A stretch of 64,000 bases of DNA from Phoronis australis (lineage: Eukaryota > Animalia > Phoronida). The notes beneath the pieces are model-generated. The model was not told where the DNA came from. It saw only the letters and a program-made list of their open reading frames with translations, and did not search any database. The position numbers and the translations under genes were made by a program. The stretch is taken from positions 77,627 through 141,626 of the forward strand of contig NMRA01000312.1 in the NCBI GenBank assembly GCA_002633005.1. Direction: 5' to 3'. Of this stretch, positions 25,301-40,300 are shown piece after piece (within the stretch, counting starts at the first letter, position 1; every line of letters begins with the position of its first letter).

Positions 25301-28300
25301 ACCACTGACGTCATAACGTGGAGTTGTCATGAGTACTCGATTAGGACCTCAGGGGTCTCACGCTCCACCGGCTTATCTACACTAATTTTAAAAGGCTTTG
25401 TCCAGTCACGCGTAGTGGCCTATTGCATTCATATACAAGGGAGTAGGACATTCTAACTGACCACAATGGTCAACAAAGCTGCATAATACTACCCTGGCTT
25501 CTCAGAGCATTTGATATTCACAGAACATTCGAAATGAGTGGAGGGCACACTAATAAATGCTCTGGAGGGGCCCTTAAATCCAGTAAGGTCATAAGCTGTT
25601 GAGCAGAAAAAACACTGCTTTTCAAACAAATTTCCAAACACAGTACAGCACTTTCAAACATGATTAAGTGCCAAAAATACTGGAATTGATACCTGGGCCC
25701 TAGCTGTCATTGATCTTTTTAAAGGAAATGGAACTTGAAATTACGTTTGGAATTTTGTACTCTACTTTTGTGCGAACAGGTGCCTATTATCCTATGCTCC
25801 TATACATAATGACTTACGTGGATATTTTATTAGTGATAGTTTACAGTTGATAAGCCCAACAACAATCCAGCACAATAAACTGGTATGTTGTGAAATCCAT
25901 TCTAGTTACTTCAAGAAAAATAAGCAGAGCTTGGAATGAGCAATAACAAAAACAAAAACAGAGAATTTTCCAGCTGATGTATTATACACAAAAAATAGGT
26001 TTGTATGATAGACATTTTTGGCTGTAAGATTTACCTGAACTAAACATTTAATAAAGTCGAAAAATTGATAAAATGAGGAAACTGGAAATCAAATAAGAGG
26101 AAATCGACACCAAAAAAGAATTCCTCTTAAAGGATGAAAATCTCAAGCCCTGATCAAGTCTGTATTCTCCAGGCTTCAACGTGTACATAAATGCAACTGT
26201 CAAGCAATATTTACGTACTTGAAATTGTCAAGGCGAGCTCTCTGAAATGTAAACAATCACTGTTTTGGTGGTGTGATTTTAAAACTTATGGTGCTGGTGA
26301 CCTTGTGCATGTGCAGTGGTGTACCACAACTTACACTCATGTAGTCAGAAGGTCACATCACTGTTTGGAAGGGCAACATTTTGAGAGGGATCGTTGAGTG
26401 TTGCTTAATGCTCAGGACTCAGGAGTTTTAAAATTATGAAGAAATGATATTTCTCTTTATGTTATTTGTACACTCATATTTCTGTACCTTATCAGTCATA
26501 ATAAATGACCTTATATCGCCTATCGCGGTCTCCTTTGTATCTCTGGAAACGGAGCTTGCGACGCACCTATTATTTTCGGGACGTATTCCGAACATAAATG
26601 GAAGTTTTGGGAAGCAGTTGAATGAATTAGAAACCAACGATGAAAACATGAAAAGAAACCAAACCCCAAAAAACTCTTTAATGGGTGGTTTGAAAAAGAG
26701 AAGATAAAAGTAGTGCACTATAGCAAGGGGGTTGGGGGGATCTATAGAAAACAAGGAAATAAAACATAAACAAAATTGTTTATGTAAAGAAATGAGAACA
26801 AGGTAACAAAGACATGGCTGCAGAATGCTGTCTCCACCTCTTATTAATAAAACTTAAATGGTAATTTAAAACAATGGCTTGACATTATTTCATTTGAGAA
26901 CACCATTTGAAAAATTCTGGATCAGCCACTGGCATTGAAAATCCCAGAGTACCAATTCAATCCGACAACATTGGACATGTTACAGTAAATCTACTTTAAT
27001 TTTTACATAGAACAAAAAACATTGAAGGCACCATGGCAGATTCGTGGAGATGTTTTTTTTTTACAAAGAAACAATGTTTCTCTGACTTTAGATGTGGTAC
27101 AAGTACATAGTCTGTAATTTCATGAACACACAATCCCATGTAAACAAGGTATACTTTATTAATACAGCCAACAGCATCATGCGAGCATAAGTGATGATAA
27201 AAAATACTTACGTTTTTCTTCACCAGGTCCAAGTCCCGAGCCCAACATAGTCAACTGGCTCAGCCTCTCATGAATCACGGCTCGACGAGCTGGTCAAACT
27301 CAGACAGCCGTCCAGGAAAACTGGCGTGAATTCACGGCGCTGTCATTTACTACCCGCACAGTTGCTTCCGCCCAATGGCCGTTTTCGTCAACTACTTGCA
27401 TTTTCTGTCCATCTTCCATTTTGAAATGGCTACTTTTGAGTTTAGAGCAAAAACAACCACACAGCCATCCTCACGTGTTGTACCGGACTCACTACTCACC
27501 ACCATGCGCGAGTTATGTCCTTATAGACATGTTCACCAAAATGAATTGCTGTTTTACTGCTAAAATATAGCGTACGATTTTACTTATATTTCGATAATTT
27601 AACAATGTCATGCAAACAGTTTAAAAATGACAATTATTAGTCGATTTTGATGTCTTCCTTTGTTGACAGTGAAACGGCATTACTGCGTAGTAATCTTTTG
27701 TGACGATTCTCCAGTGTGCAGGGATAGCCTGGACTTAAAGTGAAATATCTCGGCCAAAACTTCATCGATTTTTGTGACAGAAAAACACTTGTTTTCAGAA
27801 TTTTACGAGGAATTTGTAATTTGAATTTGTAAATGTAACCGACCAAATAGATCTGTCGACTACAGATCTACCCTGTGGTTTTTCTCTTGATCCCAGACCG
27901 TCCCGAGTTGTTCCAGCAGCCAACTCAGGATGGTCTCTCACGAGGTTTTAGCATTATAGTCGCTGCATCGTTTCTCACCTTCCTTACAGGTTAACGCGAC
28001 ACCTCTCGGCAAGGTAAGGTCGTCCGTGTGCGAGGCGATGTGGATATAGACTGATTAAGACTGTAAAGAACACTAATTAAATCGGGTGGCATTCTCCTTT
28101 AAGAGTCCTGACCATGGACCATTCATAAATTACTTACGGCTGCTGTGACTGATGAGGCAGTGTCATTTCCTGTCCCATACATGTCAGTCGCTGTTGGCAT
28201 GGTGATACCAGAACCACCCTTAGCGTCTAACGATCCTGTGGTTGAGAAAGAAAAAGTCATTGGACAGTGTTATGACAATGAGTCATTGCGACGTTTTTTC

Positions 28301-31300
28301 ATGCAAAGTGTTGGCAGCGATAGTGCTGGACTGGCAGCAACATTGCTGTTTGCGATGTAAGCAGACAACCTGACTATTCCAACTAAAAGCTGGAGAATGT
28401 TTACTTTTCTTTTTTGAATGCCCAGTAAATTTAGCATAGATAATTTTTTCAACATTTTCAGTAGATTTATATAATAATGGAATTACTAATTTAAAAACAG
28501 GTGTGGTTCCACAAAGCAGAAGACAAACTGAATGTTGATGCTGAGAGCAAGTTCCGAAATGTTAACCAGTCCAAATGGACAATATTCCATTGCTTATCAC
28601 AATGGCCAAGACATCCACAGATTTGCAGTCCCAGCCCCGTTACACAGCAATATTCTTTTTGCATGAGCACTGATGCCAGAAAAAGACAACATAAGTTTCT
28701 AATAGTGTTTCAACCTGTCAGACACACAGAGTTTGCATTATGTGATTGGGTAACATCATCACACTTCACGCTTTTAGAAGAATTGTTAAATATCACAAGC
28801 CTTCATAAAACCGACTAAAAACATTCAAAATACATTTCAGATTTTATTTAATAATTGAAAACAAATTGCTAAACTGGCCAAAAATGTCTTCAAAACATTC
28901 TCCTTTGACAAGTTTGGTCTATAGCAGGTGAAATATTAATTTTTGTCCCTTCTTTCCAAACCTTAAGAACACTAACTTCGTAGTAAAGAACATGAATAAG
29001 GATCAAGCGTGGTGTTTTTCATAATCAAAATCATCCTGTGATTAAGAAATGTCATGGAGCTTTGTTTTACACTTGACAATGCTTTACTTACAGATATTCA
29101 ATTTTTTTTTATATGTTTTTTTTTGTCGTCATACCTTCTACTGAAGCTGCTTTTATCAACCCATACAAACATTATAACACCCATCTACATCATACCTCCA
29201 GCCAAACTATCAGGGAACCTCTTGTCTGTTATTAAGTCCAATCCATTGGCAGAGATGACGGACGGTTGTTCACCTTCCACCTTTTTGCCAGAGACAAAAC
29301 CACTCAGTGACTGAGTCTGCGCCATCAGTTTGTCACGCAGGAACTGATCTTTAGTCTGCAACAAGAAAAAATAGCATTCCCAAAAAAATTTCGAGGTGAC
29401 TTCAAAAATCATTTGTAAGACACCTACAGAGAGAAATCATGGCGAGTACCAAAGAAAGAGTGAGTATGTACCATTTGCTGATCTATAATTCACACAATGG
29501 CATAGCCATGCAATCGCTTTCAGTAGTGGCAATTTTGCTAATCCACAATTATTCAACACAATGACATAGCAACTCAACCCCTTTCAGTGGCAGCAAGTTT
29601 GCTGATGTGAGCTTGAAGGAACATGAGCTCACTTGTTTAACACTTATTGTGAGACCTTACGTGATCTCGCCAAACTTGCTAGATACAGGCTTCATTGAAC
29701 CCACTTCTGTACAGCACTTTAATAGATTTTATTTTGAGTTCTCCTACACAAACCATAATTAAGGTCCTTATCACAAAGGGTTAATCTAGTTCAAAAACTT
29801 GAAAATATATATCAAATTAAGTAAGATATAACATGGTACAATGTTTACTTCTTTTCTGTTATTAAACTAAAACCCTTTTTGAGCACAAATTTGTACCTTG
29901 GCCGATATCAGAAAATCATCGACTATTCCTGTCTATTTCCATGACCTCAACTACTTGGCATCAGATAAGGAAAGATTTCTGAATGACGGCCATGTTTGTC
30001 CTTGAAAACGTATTGATATTACCGTGAGGGTATCAGCTTTATTTTTTGATTGTTTTTTATTCTCCTTTTAGTTGTTATTAAATCAAATCTGATTATCTGT
30101 TATCCAAATTTTATCATTCTGTTCTTTGCATATGACAAATTGTGAATACGTCGCATCCCCCGCAGCCAACACTATTGAGATGTGATGACTCATCGCGAGG
30201 GCACATCAAATTTCAGCAACAATACCCGTTCTGGTAATAAATTAGAGGAAAAAACGTTTCTGAAAATAAAATGTCTTTTCTTTATTGCCATATTATGAAA
30301 CTGATGCAAAGTACCAGCAATAGCCATGTGATTACAGACAGTGCATTGCGTACAACTTGGCAGCAAATCAGCACCGGCTTTACTGGTCGTTAAAAGAAAA
30401 AAACATTCACGCACACCGATGCTTGAACAAACAAAAACACTTTTTTATCCCAAAACAGTGTGCTCCTCACCCGAATTGCAGTTACGCGCACCTGTGCTTG
30501 ATTTTTGCTGCCCTGACACAACAACTGGTGAAGTTTCCCCGGCAGTTGCCTGATGTGTCAGTTTGCAAGGGAAATAGTCACATGCTGACTTTTAACTTTC
30601 AATTATTAGACAAAATCTAATTTAAAATGTGACAAAAGTTTGCCAACAATAACTCCATTGCCTAAAAATAAACATTTTGCAGGAGGGAGTGTAGTGAAAT
30701 GTAGTGTATGAGCGGAATGTTGGCAAAGGGAAAATATTTTAGTGTTAGGAGCATGACGCAGAAGTTTTTGATCTCTTGATCACACGAATTTCATCTATTC
30801 AAAGCCCGCGGAGCTAATTAATGTGTCCATCCTGTGCCGGGCAGCAGTGATGTCCGCGGCCAGGCGGCCGCACCCTGGTAATGGCTTACACGAATGCTTC
30901 AGGCTGAATGAAAATTCTTCGGTTTAATTTAAACTATTTGGCGACATATCAAGTTTTCTTTGTGAAGTTATTTCTCCACCAGTTATTTTCACAAGTTGTC
31001 AGAAAATTCTTACTGTATAGCAATTTTACTCAGTTATTCTGATCTTGCATGCTAATGAATCTCACTTCCGACTTAGCGACAAATCTAAAATGTCAGAGTA
31101 TCACTCGACTCCAGTTCGGGACAAGTGAGGGATTTTCATGAATTTTTCGCATATGGATTTCATTAGGATTAATTGATAGGTACTGATGGATTTGTTGTAA
31201 AATGTTCTAACCATCTAATAAGGGTTTAAAACGTGTCCTAACACGTATTTCATTACACGCACATGTAGACTAGAAGATAGTGATCTTGCTACTTCTTGTT

Positions 31301-34300
31301 TAAAACCATTGCACATTACAGCCACAGCATGTACACAAATTTCAGACAGCAAGATCTTCTGAGAGTGGTGAGTATACTAATTATGTTACTGAACAACTCA
31401 TTGTAATTGCAGGCTAACTAAGAGTCTGTGACACCACAACCCTTCATTTTGATTGGCTCTTGAGATATGTGCTCAGGAGATGGCCAGAGAGGACTCTGTT
31501 TATGGTCTAATATTTGAATTACATGTAATTGCTTTTTAAAGTACAGACCGAAGATTATAGAATTTTACTAAGCTTGGTACCACGAGTGATATTGAAAGCC
31601 TACTTTCTGAAAATGTAGATCTCATAATCAGATAACCCACTTCATACAGAATAGCCACAATAAGTCATCTTCCAAGAAACAATCACAGATTTGCCTTTTT
31701 ATTACAAGTGATTATTTTTAATAACGCTTTGCAAATGGCTCACCTGCGAGGGCCCAGCTGTAGTGGTCACTGGGTCAGTTGAAACACTGACTTCATTATT
31801 GAGAGTGTCCTTTGTATCCGCGATAGCATTGGCCGAGTTTCCTAAAATGGCGTAAAGTAATAGAGCCAAGTAGAGTTAGCTTTCTGGGAAACAGGGGGGG
31901 GGGGGGNGGGGTATACAAACAGCTGTAGAGCTAAGGGAAACCAGGACAAAACAAGTAGACAAAATTGGAATGTCACAATGTTACTTTGTTCTGTTACATG
32001 ATCCTTTCACACTCCACAGTGCTACACCTCCCAGCACTGGGAATGAGTAAAGGGAAAAAACAAATGTGTCAATTTTTGAATCCTAGAATTTTTTAGTCAA
32101 TGTTTCGTATCAAAGGAAGATAAATGTGGACATCGACCAGTAAAAAATGGGAGTTTATTTCATACTCACAGAACATACATCCCACAAACTATGAAAAAAC
32201 AACTTATTAATCAACAGTCATTCTTTCCATGGTTGATCACAAATAGGCGGAACATATAAGCACCAATCACAACCAGCATGACAGACAGAGTCAAGACAGC
32301 AAACAACAAGTTACAGTGACTGTCATACATTTACTGTTAAACATGGAGCGAATGGCTGTTGAAATCCTTTCCTTGCAAAATTATTATACTGGCAGTATTC
32401 CCAAAATATGTTCTAAAAGAAGACAATAACCTCCTGCAGGCAAATAAAGAGTTTACTACCTCCAAAAGAGATGCACACTACTCACCCATCACAGCCATAA
32501 TGGAGCCAGCAATGGCCTCTGTCTCACTTGACTCTAAGTCTTCAGTGCTTGAGCCTAATACTTCAATGGTTTTGTCTGTAGCTGCTGAGCCACTCATCTG
32601 AGCATCACCAGTCAACTGCTTTGAATCACCCAGTGTTTCAGTCATTGCCGTGGCCAAAGAGGCCACCTGCGAGACATCACTGATGGGCACATTCTTGAGC
32701 GCAGAAGCCATCTCCGACCGCGCCTGAAAATATCCAAATTGAATTAAGATTAAGATGCAAGAAAATCTATAATTATTACATACATAATGAGTACTGTTTG
32801 GGTCTTGCTTTTAGACTAAAAAATCATATTAACTGGTTGTAGTTTGCCATTGTTTCAAAGTTGAACATTTGAATACTGAACAAACTCTGTGTCCATGTGA
32901 ATCACTTATGCTGGATTCAACAAACGCAAATTTTTTTAGAAAGTAATAATCCTAAAACCTGCCTCACCTTACAAGTCGAAAACTGGGAATGCTATCTTGC
33001 CTCATTTCAGAATTTTGAAGTCTAATTGTTTCGCCTGACAGAAGCAAAATCAACAAAAAACACGTGATCCAAAATGACCACCATGCTAGTTGTGTGACTC
33101 AGCTATTGCACAATGTATGCCAACACTAGGTGTCTTAATGGCCATGACAACAGTTACCTGGGTTTGAGCCAGAGTCTTCCGTGCTTCTTCATCAATAGCA
33201 CTTTCTGTTGTCGCTGGAGATGCCGTTGTTGGTGAACCAGTTGTTGTCGTGTTTGAGTCATCATCCAGGCGACTGCCTGTGACCTGTTGTTGCGTCGATC
33301 CTCCTGACACAGGAAATAAATAGTGAATGACAAACTATCTTCAACAACTTTTAACCATCTTCGATACCTGCGGAATCAACTTTCAATCTACTCAATTTTA
33401 CCAAGTGTAGTCTTTTATTACCATCAAGAACACTCTTGTTATAAAATTATACAAGCAAGGACTATGTGCTAGTGCTTTAAGTTGTTGCTATTGGCTTGCA
33501 CATTCCGTGATAGTCAAAAAATTGGCTTAGACCATGTGATGCATCATTCCAAAGTGTAACCAGCAGGGAAAGAATAGACCGTAAAAAAAACCAGTTTAGG
33601 GTACAGTATGGAGAACACGTGAACTTTTTTCTCATTCTTTATAAAAGATTTGTAGCATAAAATTAATGGTTTACCATTATATGTTCAAGTTCTGTACCTT
33701 AGCTATCATCAGAAAATATTTTGAAAAATGTGGACACTCGCAATGATGCTGGAAGATCTTGAAAAATGAAAGAGGTAATTTTGGCCATTATTTTTGTCCA
33801 AAATTGGTGAAATGTTACTGTGCTTTTGAAGAAGATCGACAGAAGAAGAGAGGACATGATTGGAGCAGGACGCAGAATGTTTGAGGAAAGAAATGGCGAG
33901 GGAGAGATGGGTATCTGGTTATCTATTATATGCAATGGCTTACCTAACTGTGCCTTGCTGTTAAGTGTACTACTAATGGCCATCACAGTACAGGACAGTT
34001 TACTGACGTCACCACTAGAGGCCAGGTCCTTCATGTCAGATTCACCCGAGCTAATGGAGTCAACTATCGAATCAACAGCAGCCTGTTGCGGTTTGTAAAC
34101 CTTCAATTGAGATCATAATAAAAAACAATGACCAAATAAACATTCCTACAGTCATAAACCTATTAGTATAATACGATAGTGAGTAAAAAACGACCTAATA
34201 TTAGACATTCTGGTACAATGTCCAGTTTTCCTTCCAATTTCCATGCCTCAAAATCATTGCTCTTCATTTGCAGACTTAGAAAAACATCCTATGAAACTGA

Positions 34301-37300
34301 CCGAGTTTTTTAAGTGTTGGGCCGCTGATACACTTTGGACCCGAGTCAGGTAACTAGTGAAGGACGTACCTCATTGTCTGCATAGTAAATAACTATGCAA
34401 TCACAGCGAAACTTTTGAATGACAAATGGTAAACTAATAATAGTGAAGTAGTGATTAGCACGACAGCAGACAGTGTAAATCCGTGGGGCAAGTGCCCCAT
34501 GCATGCATAGTGTTGTGGTTAAATACTGTGGAATCAAACGGGGCGCTGTAGTTTTGAAAGAAGTGACTATAGCTGAACCAGAAAAGCAAAACTACTATGC
34601 CTCATTGGGTGACGGAGTCAAGACTAGCCCAGCAAACATGTGACCAACAGAATGTGGGTCATAACTAAATGAAACTGAACTGCAGCATCAAAGGCTGAGG
34701 TGCATATTAGGTGCAAGACATTTGTAATACTTTTGTGCATGGTGACTTACTACGTGATCACACTGACTATCTTTTCTCATAAGTTTCTTGTGTCTAGTAT
34801 TGAATATAGACCTGATTAGGATTCAAGGCAAAAACATTTCAAGCAGCTTGAAGTTTGCCTGTGATTTAAATAATTATCTGAGTATTCAGCATGCCCTTTG
34901 TTACAGAAAACACAACCAAACACCTCAAAGCACGAAGTATAATTTTCCGCAACATTTTTGTTAGCATGCAAAGCAAAGAAAAACTAAAATGTGTCAAAGT
35001 TCGGAGAAGAATCGACCAGCATCTCACAGAGGAAGAAATGGCAAAAAATAGAATTTAATTTAGCAAAATATTTGTGAGTTCATCTCAAGCTAAAGTGTGA
35101 ACAGAGCAAACAACACTTTACTTACGAAGACCCCAGCATCTTCGGTAAATGAGGACGACCCGATGTAATCAGTGGCAATAAAAATAAACTGGATGTAGAA
35201 ATCATCATCCTCATTACCAGCAGGTAAAATTTTTGGAGTCAGCATGTCACATGTTGATCCTGAAACAAAAATTTCAAATAAGGAATTTGTAATGAGTGAT
35301 AAAAAGTGCAGCGATGGTTAGGCAGTGGAGTTGCGCAGTTTCATGTTCATGTTGAGGGAGAAGAAACAATCCAGTGGTCTGGCCCATGCATACTGAGGTC
35401 AACCAGTTGTGAATTAAATTGGACTAGTGCAACGTACCTGATCTTTGGTGTCAATGTTTACAGACCATTTCCATTGGGTCTATGACGATTTTTTTAGATC
35501 ATAATGTTCACAAAGTCAGACCATTGGATTTGAGAGAACATTATTTGCAAGTTTGGTAAAATCGTGATGGCAGTGCTGCATGGAGAGAAGCAATGGCCAT
35601 GGTTTTCTCATTTATGACTAAAACTACGTGAAGCTATTCAAATCCCATAATATGGCTCTGAATGACTAAGTTCTACATCTCAGTAACTTTATATTATGAT
35701 ATATTTGTTATTTTGCTGTGTAATGACCAGCAAAATTGTTATAGCTGCAGCTTTAACTTACTCACAAGCATTGGAACAAGTAGAGAACATTTGGTAAACC
35801 ATGTCACCGCAAGTATTGAGTTTGTACAAAGAATATTGATTCCTACAATTAATATTTTGTACTACATGACACAGATATTTTACATTCTCCATACCAACAT
35901 GCATCCATTTGTAATCTTCGTCAGCATACAGCCGATATCCAATTTTGTACGTCAGCGGTAAATCCTCATCGATGAAACCGTCACACAAGGTGTTGAACAA
36001 TGTCTGCAGGGCTGTGCCGTTAGGTGGGTTAATGCTCCCTCTACCAACCCGAGGCGGCTTGTTGATGGTCGCTTCAAGTGTAGCCTGACCTGTATTATGT
36101 GAGTGAGAATGAGTTCAGCAAAAGTGAAATGTACACACAAATACTACAAGACAAAAGAAATCAGACAAAGCTCCCCTATCATGATCATGGCAACACCGAC
36201 TGGTAATGACTATTACAACATGGCCGCCTTCATAACTCTCCTGTTATTTCCCCTTCAATGTCAGTCATAAAAGAAGGCTGCTTTGACAATGCACTTGGCT
36301 TCCATGCACCCAGCAGGAATTTGCTTGAAACTGATATCTTTTCCAATATTTAACATTAAATCCAAGTAAAACAATCAATCATAAATTATACTATATTAGG
36401 TTCTTAAAATGATTAGTCAACTCCAAATTCCATATCACAAAAGAACAATGTAATGCAGCATTAAGTAGCATGAGTAGTGATTCACCATATGAATATGCTT
36501 CATAAGCCACTTACCATAATTATCTGGGTTACTGCCCTGTCGATAAACACGCACAGAAATGAAGAATCTCTTCTTAATGTCCTCTGGATGAGTGAAAAAG
36601 TTTGCGTAGATACCGAGATTGGCCGTTTGTAAACCTGTTGATGTCTGATTGGACCAAAACTCACCAGGGGTCTCCTTAGCATCTGTGTATTTTTGATCAA
36701 GTTCAGCCGACAAAAGACTCCATCTGCAGAAAAGTACAACTGATTGAAACTAGAACAGTTCTAAGCAACCAATCAAATTCATGACATTACAAATTCACTT
36801 AAAATTTAAGGATCACAAGGTGACGGGTGCAACGCTTACAGCACAGAAACGAAGGTAAACAACTACACCTAAATTGGTGTTAGGGGCGCACTGATTTGCA
36901 TGAGAATTCACTCATGGAACATGTCTGCAAAATTTCATGAACATCTACCAAAGATTTTGGAGATATAGCAGCAGACGCTGAATGGACAGGCATTTTAGGC
37001 TTGGAGGGGGTATGTAGTCCACATAGTGGCTTAGAATTTTGCGAATGGTTGTAAATCACAGGTGCGATTCACACACAATAGGCCTCTTGAAATTTTCATC
37101 AAAGATAAGTGAAAGCAGTTCTTTGTGAGCCCTGCTCTTAGTCATACAACTGTCTTAAGTTGTTCTGTGCAACTAAACACAGCTTAACAAAGGGTTTATG
37201 GTCCTGGTTGAGAAGATAGGTGTTTTATTACCTCCATGTGGATTATGAACAGCCAAGTCCAAAATGCGGGTAAGACAAAATTGTAATGCTCCCACACATA

Positions 37301-40300
37301 ACATGTGATAAAATTGTATAATGCTTACAATAAAAGCTTATTATATAAGTGGGGAGGAAACGTCATTTTAGAGTCAATAAAACAAATTTCAAATGCTTAC
37401 TGGTAGACATAAGCCACGCCTCGTCTGCTATTCTTCACAAATGACTGGAGACTCACTTTCATATCAGGGTTAAACTTGGGTATGTTGTCCTTCTTACGAC
37501 AGTTGGCAGCACACCTGACAGTGTTCAGGGGTTGAAAGTTATTTGAAGTTGACAAAACACAAAATCACATGATTGTACAATCTTAGTATTCATTTTTTAT
37601 CACATTCCACAGAAAATTAAACTCAAAACGTTTTGTTAGAAAACTAATAGCAGAGTGTTGATTTACAAACTCTCAACAAATTGTAGACTAGTTCAGTCAA
37701 ATGAAATAAAGCAAAGCTGCGACTGTGAGTATAATGTGTAATACAAAAAAATATTCACACAAAATGACCCAGAGTTTCACATCATGATGGCTCGTCTGAA
37801 TTCTAACTTATCATTATCATAGTCTTCCTTGGCGACTGAGAATGGAGGGGAACAAACAGGAAAGTTAATTAGCAAGGTGTCTTTTAGTCATTCTGCAATT
37901 AGAATTTTGTCAACCTTGTAGTTATTAACAGTCATTTTTGCTGTTAACAGATTTAGCTGCCATGACGGGGAAACTACATGTCTGATTACTTTTGTCTAGT
38001 ACTATCTAATGTAACTCCGATGGTAATTCAACTCCATTGATCATTCAGCTTTAAAGCATAAATTAAGTACATTGAATTCACTTAATTCTCCATATGCTAG
38101 CAGATTCAAGATCATTTTGTGTTTTTATCTCTGTCAGATCGGCATGACCTGACAACAAAACTTTAAATCAAGCGTAATGCCAATTGAGATAATTGAATGT
38201 TAGCTAATTGCTATGACAACAACCGCTATATCCAAAGAACCCTGAAAAGCACCATCCAATACAATTTGAAAATCATAGTTACAGAGACAGTTCCAGCCCA
38301 ACTCATGCCTTAGTCTCGACTCACGTAATTTCCACTTCAGGAGATGGTCCGTCTGTGATCTCCAGGAACTGTGACACAGTCACTTTCCTGTCGTCTTTTC
38401 TGATAACTACCTTGATCTCGAGGGTGTCTCGTTCATACGTATTGTACAAGTCCATAAAGAATGTACTACCTGTGTTGTTAGCCATCAAACCTGCAGTTTA
38501 TAACAAAATGACTTCAAATCTACAACATGGCTCAAGGTGCCACATTTAATGTTAAATTCCAATTTTGGCAGATACAATTTTCTCCTAGTCCGTTGTAACA
38601 AGTAACTTATTTCTGCCCAACATCCAGGTTAGTCTCTGGAAATGGAGTCTGGGATGCACTTAATATTTTTCGGAGACATGCAAAACATAAATATCAAATT
38701 CTTCTACAGGAAATAGTAATTTAGCAAAGAAATTCCAAAATTGTTATTTTTCTATGATTTTCAAAGGCTAAACAATAAAGCGCTCGGAGGAGCGACACTT
38801 GGCAAAATTATGCGAAAACAGGACGATGGGGAGGAGGAGGACGACGATCATGATGACTAGCGAAAAATGAAAAATATCTTATGAAAGCCCGTTTAAAACT
38901 GTATCAAACTGTACAGATTTCTGATCGGTTAATGTACATGGCAAGAAATTCCCGGCACACAAAACTATTTGCAAATAACGCCAAATTTGACAATTTTCTC
39001 CTTGAAATAACCACTTCCCTGCAAGTGCTAGAAAAAGTCTGACTACAGATTCGGAATGCTCGTCCTCTCTAGATTCTAACTATGTGGCCATACTAAGCCC
39101 CTTATCAGCTACTTTTTTTAGAAAATCTGATCTGCCTGACAGCCACCTGAAATCGCACCCCGTTTCTCGGACAGCAGACGACAGGGGTGCAAATGACAGC
39201 CACCAGTTTGCATCAAAAGTAGGTAAAACTTGGCTTTTCTCATTCAAAAGCACAAGTAAATAAGTTTCCTGGCAATTGTTGTCAACAATTTCCTCAAACC
39301 ACCCGCCAAACCTGACACACGCCCTCAACATAAATTCTAGAGACTAGAAAATGCTAAGTGGCCGCGGCCTGACTATTCAGTGCTACGTACAGTCTTGAGC
39401 GACAATAGGCAAAATTAACGACGAAGATGATTGTGATGATGAAGGTGGCGATGATGAACAACATCATAACATTCATACGACGAACTTAGATGTCATAAAT
39501 TAGTAAGAAATAAGCTACAGTCTTGTTCAAATAAACTAAACCAAAATCAATGCATTAAGAGCGCTCAACAAAGGAACAACGCTATCAGAAAATCTCAAAT
39601 AATTTGAAAAGTAGACATCCTAGCAAAAATGGAAAAGATCTTCTGAAAGCTCGTTCCAAATTCTATCTAAATTGATAGTTTCGCAACATTCCATAATTTT
39701 TTCAAAAAAATTGAAATTTTGCGTTTTTTTTTAAATCAAAGTCAAATAACTCGAAAACGGTAAGTCTGAGAATGACGTTATTGCAGAACTTTTGAAAGAG
39801 CATACTTCAAGGAATCCACATGCAACAATTCACGTCATTTGCTCTTCCCGTTAAAAATGCGACCACAGAACGATTGAAAATGGTTGAAAATGCGCCATCT
39901 TGAAAATGACTTCCGGTTTGACAAAATTTTATAAAAGCTGATCGAATGCAAAAAACACGTGACCATTTTGAAAATGATTGGTTCACCAATGTGCCCTCTA
40001 CAGGAGAAAACGTTTTCGGCCAGTTATCGAGGTGCGCATGCACCATCGTCAATATTTCCGCCACCTTTAACCGGAAGCCAACATTTTTCGGCACATTTGT
40101 AGCACACGTGTTCTACAATAATCCTACTAAGTTTCAGCACTGTACATCAAAAAATGCAGCCTCTATGAGCATTCGAATGTGAAATCGGAAACAAAATGGC
40201 CACCACATCCGCCATCTTGAATCCGATCATGACTAAAACCAATAGGCTTCCAGGACTTTCCAATCTACACGTCGTGTGCAAATTTCGTGAACATCGGACG

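Larger units (their letters stand above)
24508..28098. mobile_element. Non-autonomous Kolobok-type DNA transposon (deletion derivative, ~3.6 kb)
   Basis: Perfect 14-bp TIRs AGGAGAATGCCACC / GGTGGCATTCTCCT; TTAA TSDs at 24504-24507 and 28099-28102; internal THAP-domain remnant. Confidence 0.85.

Noticed and set aside
29760-31230. Possible DNA transposon with CpG-rich interior
   Set aside because: Could not define convincing TIRs, a TSD or a coding remnant by eye.
31893-31911. Poly-G run as a G-quadruplex
   Set aside because: Homopolymer containing an N; low-quality sequence with no supportable function.
35310-35450. Possible old SINE remnant
   Set aside because: Too degenerate; no TSD or clear A/B boxes.
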